The notes below the pieces were generated by a model. It was not told the origin of the DNA. It saw only the letters and a list, made by a program, of their open reading frames with translations, and searched no databases. Of a stretch of 64,000 nucleotides of DNA, positions 23,901-33,725 are shown one piece after another. This stretch comes from Somniosus microcephalus (Eukaryota). Position 1 is the stretch's first letter, and the number at the start of each line of letters is the position of its first letter. The stretch spans positions 45,570,001-45,634,000 of the forward strand of contig CM126209.1 of NCBI GenBank assembly GCA_052327205.1, in the 5' to 3' direction. The position numbers and the translations under genes are program-made.

Positions 23901-26900
23901 GCTCTCTCTTCCCCCCCAGTCGCGCTCTCTCTTCCCCCCCAGTCGCGCTCTCTCTTCCCCCCCAGTCGCGCTCTCTCTTCCCCCCCAGTCGCGCTCTCTC
24001 TTCCCCCCCAGTCGCGCTCTCTCTTCCCCCCCAGTCGCGCTCTCTCTTCCCCCCCAGTCGCGCTCTCTCTTCCCCCCCAGTCGCGCTCTCTCTTCCCCCC
24101 AGTCGCGCTCTCTCTTCCCCCCCAGTCGCGCTCTCTCTTCCCCCCCAGTCGCGCTCTCTCTTCCCCCCAGTCGCGCTCTCTCTTCCCCCCCAGTCGCGCT
24201 CTCTCTTCCCCCCCAGTCGCGCTCTCTCTTCCCCCCCAGTCGCGCTCTCTCTTCCCCCCCAGTCGCGCTCTCTCTTCCCCCCCAGTCGCGCTCTCTCTTC
24301 CCCCCCCAGTCGCGCTCTCTCTTCCCCCCCAGTCGCGCTCTCTCTTCCCCCCCCAGTTCTTCCAGCGCTCTCTCTTCCCCCCAGTCGCGCTCTCTCTTCC
24401 CCCCCAGTCGCNNNNNNNNNNNNNNNNNNNNNNNNNNNNNNNNNNNNNNNNNNNNNNNNNNNNNNNNNNNNNNNNNNNNNNNNNNNNNNNNNNNNNNNNN
24501 NNNNNNNNNNNNNNNNNNNNNNNNNNNNNNNNNNNNNNNNNNNNNNNNNNNNNNNNNNNNNNNNNNNNNNNNNNNNNNNNNNNNNNNNNNNNNNNNNNNN
24601 NNNNNNNNNNNNNNNNNNNNNNNNNNNNNNNNNNNNNNNNNNNNNNNNNNNNNNNNNNNNNNNNNNNNNNNNNNNNNNNNNNNNNNNNNNNNNNNNNNNN
24701 NNNNNNNNNNNNNNNNNNNNNNNNNNNNNNNNNNNNNNNNNNNNNNNNNNNNNNNNNNNNNNNNNNNNNNNNNNNNNNNNNNNNNNNNNNNNNNNNNNNN
24801 NNNNNNNNNNNNNNNNNNNNNNNNNNNNNNNNNNNNNNNNNNNNNNNNNNNNNNNNNNNNNNNNNNNNNNNNNNNNNNNNNNNNNNNNNNNNNNNNNNNN
24901 NNNNNNNNNNNCTCTCTCTTCCCCCCCAGTCGCGCTCTCTCTTCCCCCCCAGTCGCGCTCTCTCTTCCCCCCCAGTCGCGCTCTCTCTTCCCCCCCAGTC
25001 GCGCTCTCTCTTCCCCCCCAGTCGCGCTCTCTCTTCCCCCCCAGTCGCGCTCTCTCTTCCCCCCCCAGTCGCGCTCTCTCTTCCCCCCCAGTCGCGCTCT
25101 CTCTTCCCCCCCCAGTCGCGCTCTCTCTTCCCCCCCAGTCGCGCTCTCTCTTCCCCCCCAGTCGCGCTCTCTCTTCCCCCCCAGTCGCGCTCTCTCTTCC
25201 CCCCCAGTCGCGCTCTCTCTCTTCCCCCCCAGTCGCGCTCTCTCTTCCCCCCCCAGTCGCGCTCTCTCTTCCCCCCCAGTCGCGCTCTCTCTTCCCCCCC
25301 AGTCGCGCTCTCTCTTCCCCCCCCAGTCGCGCTCTCTCTTCCCCCCCAGTCGCGCTCTCTCTTCCCCCCCAGTCGCGCTCTCTCTTCCCCCCCAGTCGCG
25401 CTCTCTCTTCCCCCCCAGTCGCGCTCTCTCTTCCCCCCCAGTCGCGCTCTCTCTTCCCCCCCAGTCGCGCTCTCTCTTCCCCCCAGTCGCGCTCTCTCTT
25501 CCCCCCCAGTCGCGCTCTCTCTTCCCCCCCAGTCGCGCTCTCTCTTCCCCCCCAGTCGCGCTCTCTCTTCCCCCCCAGTCGCGCTCTCTCTTCCCCCCCA
25601 GTCGCGCTCTCTCTTCCCCCCCAGTCGCGCTCTCTCTTCCCCCCAGTCGCGCTCTCTCTTCCCCCCCCAGTCGCGCTCTCTCTTCCCCCCCAGTCGCGCT
25701 CTCTCTTCCCCCCCAGTCGCGCTCTCTCTTCCCCCCCAGTCGCGCTCTCTCTTCCCCCCAGTCGCGCTCTCTCTTCCCCCCAGTCGCGCTCTCTCTTCCC
25801 CCCAGTCGCGCTCTCTCTTCCCCCCAGTCGCGCTCTCTCTTCCCCCCCAGTCGCGCTCTCTCTTCCCCCCCAGTCGCGCTCTCTCTTCCCCCCCAGTCGC
25901 GCTCTCTCTTCCCCCCCAGTCGCGCTCTCTCTTCCCCCCCAGTCGCGCTCTCTCTTCCCCCCCAGTCGCGCTCTCTCTTCCCCCCCAGTCGCGCTCTCTC
26001 TTCCCCCCCAGTCGCGCTCTCTCTTCCCCCCCAGTCGCGCTCTCTCTTCCCCCCCCAGTCGCGCTCTCTCTTCCCCCCCAGTCGCGCTCTCTCTTCCCCC
26101 CCCAGTCGCGCTCTCTCTTCCCCCCCAGTCGCGCTCTCTCTTCCCCCCCAGTCGCGCTCTCTCTTCCCCCCCAGTCGCGCTCTCTCTTCCCCCCCAGTCG
26201 CGCTCTCTCTTCCCCCCCAGTCGCGCTCTCTCTTCCCCCCAGTCGCGCTCTCTCTTCCCCCCCAGTCGCGCTCTCTCTTCCCCCCAGTCGCGCTCTCTCT
26301 TCCCCCCCAGTCGCGCTCTCTCTTCCCCCCCAGTCGCGCTCTCTCTTCCCCCCCAGTCGCGCTCTCTCTTCCCCCCAGTCGCGCTCTCTCTTCCCCCCAG
26401 TCGCTCTCTCTTCCCCCCCAGTCGCGCTCTCTCTTCCCCCCCAGTCGCGCTCTCTCTTCCCCCCCAGTCGCGCTCTCTCTTCCCCCCAGTCGCGCTCTCT
26501 CTTCCCCCCCAGTCGCGCGCTCTCTCTTCCCCCCCCAGTCGCGCTCTCTCTTCCCCCCCAGTCGCGCTCTCTCTTCCCCCCCAGTCGCGCTCTCTCTTCC
26601 CCCCCAGTCGCGCGCTCTCTCTTCCCCCCCAGTCGCGCGCTCTCTTCCCCCCCAGTCGCGCTCTCTCTTCCCCCCAGTCGCGCTCTCTCTTCCCCCCCAG
26701 TCGCGCGCTCTCTCTCCCCCCCAGTCGCGCTCTCTCTTCCCCCCAGTCGCGCTCTCTCTTCCCCCCCAGTCGCGCTCTCTCTTCCCCCCCAGTCGCGCTC
26801 TCTCTTCCCCCCCAGTCGCGCTCTCTCTTCCCCCCCAGTCGCGCTCTCTCTTCCCCCCAGTCGCGCTCTCTCTTCCCCCCCAGTCGCGCTCTCTCTTCCC

Positions 26901-29900
26901 CCCAGTCGCGCTCTCTCTTCCCCCCCCAGTCGCGCTCTCTCTTCCCCCCCAGTCGCGCTCTCTCTTCCCCCCCAGTCGCGCTCTCTCTCTTCCCCCCCAG
27001 TCGCGCTCTCTCTTCCCCCCCAGTCGCGCTCTCTCTTCCCCCCCAGTCGCGCTCTCTCTTCCCCCCCAGTCGCGCTCTCTCTTCCCCCCCAGTCGCGCTC
27101 TCTCTTCCCCCCCAGTCGCGCTCTCTCTTCCCCCCAGTCGCGCTCTCTCTTCCCCCCCCAGTCGCGCTCTCTCTTCCCCCCCAGTCGCGCTCTCTCTTCC
27201 CCCCCAGTCGCGCTCTCTCTTCCCCCCCAGTCGCGCTCTCTCTTCCCCCCCAGTCGCGCTCTCTCTTCCCCCCCAGTCGCGCTCTCTCTTCCCCCCCAGT
27301 CGCGCTCTCTCTTCCCCCCCAGTCGCGCTCTCTCTTCCCCCCCAGTCGCGCTCTCTCTTCCCCCCCCAGACGCGCTCTCTCTTCCCCCCCAGTCGCGCTC
27401 TCTCTTCCCCCCCCAGTCGCGCTCTCTCTTCCCCCCCAGCCGCGCGCTCTCTTCCCCCCCCAGCCGCGCGCTCTCTTCCCCCCCCAGCCGCGCGCTCTCT
27501 TCCCCCCCAGCCGCGCGCTCTCTTCCCCCCCAGCCGCGCGCTCTCTTCCCCCCCCAGCCGCGCGCTCTCTTCCCCCCCAGCCGCGCGCTCTCTTCCCCCC
27601 CAGCGCGCGCTCTCTTCCCCCCAGCCGCGCGCATCTCTTCCCCCCCAGCCGCGCGCTCTCTTCCCCCCCAGCCGCGCGCTCTCTTCCCCCCCAGCCGCGC
27701 GCTCTCTTCCCCCCCAGCCGCGCGCTCTCTTCCCCCCCCAGCCGCGCGCTCTCTTCCCCCCCAGCCGCGCGCTCTCTTCCCCCCAGCCGCGCGCTCTCTT
27801 CCCCCCCAGCCGCGCGCTCTCTTCCCCCCCAGCCGCGCGCTCTCTTCCCCCCCAGCCGCGCGCTCTCTTCCCCCCCAGCCGCGCGCTCTCTTCCCCCCCA
27901 GCCGCGCGCTCTCTTCCCCCCCAGCCGCGCGCTCTCTTCCCCCCCAGCCGCGCGCTCTCTTCCCCCCAGCCGCGCGCTCTCTTCCCCCCCAGCCGCGCGC
28001 TCTCTCCCCAGCCGCGCGCTCTCTTCCCCCCCAGCCGCGCGCTCTCTTCCCCCCCAGCCGCGCGCTCTCTTCCCCCCAGCCCGCGCGCTCTCTTCCCCCC
28101 AGCCGCGCGCTCTCTTCCCCCCCAGCCGCGCGCTCTCTTCCCCCCCAGCCGCGCGCTCTCTTCCCCCCCAGCCGCGCGCTCTCTTCCCCCCCCAGCCGCG
28201 CGCTCTCTTCCCCCCCAGCCGCGCGCTCTCTTCCCCCCCAGCCGCGCGCTCTCTTCCCCCCCAGCCGCGCGCTCTCTTCCCCCCCAGCCGCGCGCTCTCT
28301 TCCCCCCCAGCCGCGCGCTCTCTTCCCCCCCAGCCGCGCGCTCTCTTCCCCCCCAGCCGCGCGCTCTCTTCCCCCCCAGCCGCGCGCTCTCTTCCCCCCC
28401 AGCCGCGCGCTCTCTTCCCCCCCCAGCCGCGCGCTCTCTTCCCCCCCAGCCGCGCGCTCTCTTCCCCCCCAGCCGCGCGCTCTCTTCCCCCCAGCCGCGC
28501 GCTCTCTTCCCCCCCAGCCGCGCGCTCTCTTCCCCCCCAGCCGCGCGCTCTCTTCCCCCCCCAGCCGCGCGCTCTCTTCCCCCCCAGCCGCGCGCTCTCT
28601 TCCCCCCCAGCCGCGCGCTCTCTTCCCCCCCAGCCGCGCCGCTCTCTTCCCCCCCAGCCGCGCGCTCTCTTCCCCCCAGCCGCGCCGCTCTTCCCCCCCA
28701 GCCGCGCCGCTCTTCCCCCCCAGCCGCGCCCGCTCTTCCCCCCCAGCCGCGCCCGCTCTTCCCCCCCAGCCGCGCCCGCTCTTCCCCCCCAGCCGCGCCG
28801 CTCTTCCCCCCCAGCCGCGCCCGCTCTTCCCCCCCAGCCGCGCCCGCTCTTCCCCCCCAGCCGCGCCCGCTCTTTCCCCCCCCAGCCGCGCCCGCTCTTC
28901 CCCCCCAGCCGCGCCCGCTCTTCCCCCCCAGCCGCGCCCGCTCTTCCCCCCCAGCCGCGCCCGCTCTTCCCCCCCAGCCGCGCCCGCTCTTCCCCCCAGC
29001 CGCGCCCGCTCTTCCCCCCCAGCCGCGCCCGCTCTTCCCCCCCAGCCGCGCCCGCTCTTCCCCCCAGCCGCGCCCGCTCTTCCCCCCCAGCCGCGCCCGC
29101 TCTTCCCCCCCAGCCGCGCCCGCTCTTCCCCCCCAGCCGCGCCCGCTCTTCCCCCCCAGCCGCGCCCGCTCTTCCCCCCCAGCCGCGCCCGCTCTTCCCC
29201 CCCAGCCGCGCCCGCTCTTCCCCCCCAGCCGCGCCCGCTCTTCCCCCCCAGCCGCGCCCGCTCTTCCCCCCCAGCCGCGCCCGCTCTTCCCCCCCAGCCG
29301 CGCCCGCTCTTCCCCCCCAGCCGCGCCCGCTCTTCCCCCCCAGCCGCGCCCGCTCTTCCCCCCCAGCCGCGCCCGCTCTTCCCCCCCAGCCGCGCCCGCT
29401 CTTCCCCCCCAGCCGCGCCCGCTCTTCCCCCCCAGCCGCGCCCGCTCTTCCCCCCCAGCCGCGCCCGCTCTTCCCCCCCAGCCGCGCCCGCTCTTCCCCC
29501 CCAGCCGCGCCCGCTCTTCCCCCCCAGCCGCGCCCGCTCTTCCCCCCAGCCGCGCCCGCTCTTCCCCCCCAGCCGCGCCCGCTCTTCCCCCCCAGCCGCG
29601 CCCGCTCTTCCCCCCCAGCCGCGCCCGCTCTTCCCCCCCAGCCGCGCCCGCTCTTCCCCCCCAGCCGCGCCCGCTCTTCCCCCCCAGCCGCGCCCGCTCT
29701 TCCCCCCCAGCCGCGCCCGCTCTTCCCCCCCAGCCGCGCCCGCTCTTCCCCCCCCAGCCGCGCCCGCTCTTCCCCCCCAGCCGCGCCCGCTCTTCCCCCC
29801 CAGCCGCGCCCGCTCTTCCCCCCCAGCCGCGCCCGCTCTTCCCCCCCCAGCCGCGCCCGCTCTTCCCCCCCAGCCGCGCCCGCTCTTCCCCCCCAGCCGC

Positions 29901-32420
29901 GCCCGCTCTTCCCCCCCAGCCGCGCCCGCCTTCCCCCCCAGCCGCGCCCGCTCTTCCCCCCCAGCCGCGCCCGCTCTTCCCCCCCAGCCGCGCCCGCTCT
30001 TCCCCCCCAGCCGCGCCCGCTCTTCCCCCCCAGCCGCGCCCGCTCTTCCCCCCCAGCCGCGCCCGCTCTTCCCCCCCAGCCGCGCCCGCTCTTCCCCCCC
30101 AGCCGCGCCCGCTCTTCCCCCCCAGCCGCGCCCGCTCTTCCCCCCCAGCCGCGCCCGCTCTTCCCCCCAGCCGCGCCCGCTCTTCCCCCCCAGCCGCGCC
30201 CGCTCTTCCCCCCCAGCCGCGCCCGCTCTTCCCCCCCAGCCGCGCCCGCTCTTCCCCCCCCAGCCGCGCCCGCTCTTCCCCCCCAGCCGCGCCCGCTCTT
30301 CCCCCCCAGCCGCGCCCGCTCTTCCCCCCCAGCCGCGCCCGCTCTTCCCCCCCCAGCCGCGCCCGCTCTTCCCCCCCCAGCCGCGCCCGCTCTTCCCCCC
30401 CCAGCCGCGCCCGCTCTTCCCCCCCCAGCCGCGCCCGCTCTTCCCCCCCAGCCGCGCCCGCTCTTCCCCCCCAGCCGCGCCCGCTCTTCCCCCCCCAGCC
30501 GCGCCCGCTCTTCCCCCCCCAGCCGCGCCCGCTCTTCCCCCCCCAGCCGCGCCCGCTCTTCCCCCCCCAGCCGCGCCCGCTCTTCCCCCCCAGCCGCGCC
30601 CGCTCTTCCCCCCCAGCCGCGCCCGCTCTTCCCCCCCAGCCGCGCCCGCTCTTCCCCCCCAGCCGCGCCCGCTCTTCCCCCCCAGCCGCGCCCGCTCTTC
30701 CCCCCCAGCCGCGCCCGCTCTTCCCCCCCAGCCGCGCCCGCTCTTCCCCCAGCCGCGCCCCTCTTCCCCCCAGCCGCGCCCGCTCTTCCCCCCCAGCCGC
30801 GCCCGCTCTTCCCCCCCCAGCCGCGCCCGCTCTTCCCCCCCAGCCGCGCCCGCTCTTCCCCCCCCAGCCGCGCCCGCTCTTCCCCCCCAGCCGCGCCCGC
30901 TCTTCCCCCCCAGCCGCGCCCGCTCTTCCCCCCCAGCCGCGCCCGCTCTTCCCCCCCAGCCGCGCCCGCTCTTCCCCCCCAGCCGCGCCCGCTCTTCCCC
31001 CCCAGCCGCGCCCGCTCTTCCCCCCCAGCCGCGCCCGCTCTTCCCCCCAGCCGCGCCCGCTCTTCCCCCCCAGCCGCGCCCGCTCTTCCCCCCCAGCCGC
31101 GCCCGCTCTTCCCCCCCAGCCGCGCCCCGCTCTTCCCCCCCAGCCGCGCCCGCTCTTCCCCCCAGCCGCGCCCGCTCTTCCCCCCCAGCCGCGCCCGCTC
31201 TTCCCCCCCAGCCGCGCCCGCTCTTCCCCCCCCAGCCGCGCCCGCTCTTCCCCCCCAGCCGCGCCCGCTCTTCCCCCCCAGCCGCGCCCGCTCTTCCCCC
31301 CCCAGCCGCGCCCGCTCTTCCCCCCCAGCCGCGCCCGCTCTTCCCCCCCAGCCGCGCCCGCTCTTCCCCCCCAGCCGCGCCCGCTCTTCCCCCCCCAGCC
31401 GCGCGCGCTCTTCCCCCCCAGCCGCGCGCGCTCTTCCCCCCCCAGCCGCGCGCGCTCTTCCCCCCCAGCCGCGCGCGCTCTTCCCCCCCAGCCGCGCGCA
31501 GCTCTTCCCCCCCAGCCGCGCGCGCTCTTCCCCCCCCAGCCGCGCGCGCTCTTCCCCCCCAGCCGCGCGCGCTCTTCCCCCCCCAGCCGCGCGCGCTCTT
31601 CCCCCCCCAGCCGCGCGCGCTCTTCCCCCCCCAGCCGCGCGCGCTCTTCCCCCCCCAGCCGCGCGCGCTCTTCCCCCCCAGCCGCGCGCTCTCTTCCCCC
31701 CCAGCCGCGCGCTCTCTTCCCCCCCAGCCGCGCGCTCTCTTCCCCCCCAGCCGCGCGCTCTCTGCCCCCCCAGCCGCGCGCTCTCTGCCCCCCCAGCCGC
31801 GCGCTCTCTGCCCCCCAGCCGCGCGCTCTCTGCCCCCCCAGCCGCGCGCTCTCTGCCCCCCCAGCCGCGCGCTCTCTGCCCCCCCAGCCGCGCGCTCTCT
31901 GCCCCCCCAGCCGCGCGCTCTCTGCCCCCCCAGCCGCGCGCTCTCTGCCCCCCCCAGCCGCGCGCTCTCTGCCCCCCCAGCCGCGCGCTCTCTGCCCCCC
32001 CCAGCCGCGCGCTCTCTGCCCCCCCAGCCGCGCGCTCTCTGCCCCCCCAGCCGCGCGCTCTCTGCCCCCCCAGCCGCGCGCTCTCTGCCCCCCCAGCCGC
32101 GCGCTCTCTGCCCCCCCAGCCGCGCGCTCTCTGCCCCCCCAGCCGCGCGCTCTCTGCCCCCCCAGCCGCGCGCTCTCTGTCCCCCCCCAGCCGCGAGCTC
32201 TCTGCCCCCCCAGCCGCGCGCTCTCTGCCCCCCCAGCCGCGCGCTCTCTGCCCCCCCAGCCGCGCGCTCTCTGCCCCCCCAGCCGCGCGCTCTCTGTCCC
32301 CCCAGCCGCGCGCTCTCTGTCCCCCCAGCCGCGCGCTCTCTGTCCCCCCCAGCCGCGCGCTCTCTGTCCCCACCAGCCGCGCGCTCTCTGGCCCCCCCAG
32401 CCGCGCGCTCTCTGTCCCTC
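20927..32420. repeat. C-rich ~21 bp minisatellite, array 2 (CAG(T/C)CGCGC..CTCT(T/G)CCCCCC), containing a 500-N gap
   Basis: Tandem units throughout; the true length is unknown because of the gap at 24412-24911. Confidence 0.98.
24412..24911. other. Assembly gap (500 N)
   Basis: Run of N inside minisatellite array 2. Confidence 1.
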
Positions 32421-32625
32421 TTCCAACAACAATATGCCCTCAAAAAACCCTCGGCACCGCCGGGCTCTCCAGCTAGCATATATAATATGGATGGAAATAA
32501 TAAAATTAAAATTAAAAGGTGGCTGAAAGAGAATAGAAAAAAGCATAGCAATTAAAAAGCTACGTAAAAGTTTATTATATAAAATTGTATTTTCAGTGTT
32601 TCATTTAGTAGTTAATATTACAGTA

Positions 32626-33267
32626 CAGGTAGACTACCCTTTATCCGGACTTCCGAAAACTGAAACCCTCTAAAAACCGAAGGTTTTTTCGTTCAGCGTA
32701 AGTCGTGTGTACGAACGAAAAAGCCTTCGGTTTTTAGAGGGTTTCGGTTTCGGAAGTTCGAATAAAGGGTAAGTCGTGCGCACGACCCCCCGCCGACCCC
32801 CCCGCGGACCCCGCCGGCCCCGACAACCGCCGACCCCCCCCACCGGCCCCGACAACCGCTGACCCCCGCCAGCCCCGACAACCGCGGACCCCGTCGGCCC
32901 CGACAACCGCCGACCCACCCGCGGACCCCGCCGGCCCCGACAACCGCCGGCCCCGACTACCGCCGATCCCCCCCCCGCCGACCCCCCTGCCGGCCCCAAC
33001 AACCGCCGACCCCGCCGGCCCCGACAACCGCCGACCCCCCCGCCGGCCCCGACAACCGCCGACCCCCCTGCGGACCCCGCCGGCCCCGACCCCCGCCGAC
33101 CCCGACTGACTTACGCTGAGCGTCAGCGTAAGTCCTGCGCACGACACCCCGCCGACCCCCCCCCCCCCCCCGCGGACCCCCGCCGACCCACCTTCCGAAA
33201 TCCGAAATTCTCCTTTATCCGAAACTCGGCTGGTCCCGAGGTTTTCGGATAAAGGATAGTCTACCTG
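32626..33267. mobile_element. Tc1/mariner-pogo (Tigger-like) MITE with internal fold-back and GC-rich tandem repeats
   Basis: TIR CAGGTAGACTACCCTTTATCCG ... CGGATAAAGGATAGTCTACCTG; TA TSD (32624-32625, 33268-33269); CCCCGACAACCGCCGA repeats at ~32785-33190. Confidence 0.88.
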
Positions 33268-33332
33268 TAATACAAAAGCTAAATACTGCAATAACATTTG
33301 TATTAAGTAGCTTTATTACTATAAGTATAGAC

Positions 33333-33725
33333 AGAAAATGCTGGAAATACTCAGCTGGTCAGGCAGCATCTGTGGCGAGAGAAACAGAGTTAAAGTTTCA
33401 GGTCGATGACCTTTGATCAGAACTGGGAAAAGTTAGAGATGTAACAGGATTTAAGCAAGTGCAGAGGCAGGGAAAGGGGCGAGGGGAGGAAAGAACAAAA
33501 GGGAAAGCAGGCGTGATTAAATGACAGAAGGGATGATGGTACAAGGCAAAATGAGATGGTAATGGGACAAGAAAAGAAACAAAAGAAGGGTCTAAAAGAG
33601 CTGAAAATGACAAAAGCAGACTCATTACCAGCAACTGCTATCCGAAAAAATGGGAGCAGTACTGAGTATTACCAGCATGTTCTGTTTATTTCAGATTTTC
33701 AGCATTCACAGTATTTTGCTTTTTC
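33333..33725 (-). mobile_element. Penelope-like element terminal remnant with inverted ends and a degenerate hammerhead motif
   Basis: 33333-33426 is the reverse complement of the 41011-41143 element. 33661-33725 is a + strand copy of the same terminus, giving the inverted arrangement known for Penelope-like elements. Confidence 0.6.

Larger units (their letters stand above)
19774..32476 (+). mobile_element. Non-autonomous Helitron-like element, copy 2, with internal minisatellite (spans an assembly gap)
   Basis: Starts TCTATATATAAAAG immediately after the CTAG of copy 1; ends with the hairpin CC(T)CGGC-ACC-GCCGGG (32448-32464), 8 nt, then CTAG (32473-32476). Confidence 0.8.

Noticed and set aside
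16040-32420. Possible CRISPR-like or telomeric array
   Set aside because: There are no unique spacers, no cas genes and no TTAGGG repeats; the context is a eukaryotic intron.
15807-32551. Giant 1200-4000 aa ORFs in nearly all frames (Pro/Ser-rich or Gly/Arg-rich)
   Set aside because: The minisatellite unit lacks stop codons on both strands. The ORFs are open in all frames, run through an N gap and have no domain content.
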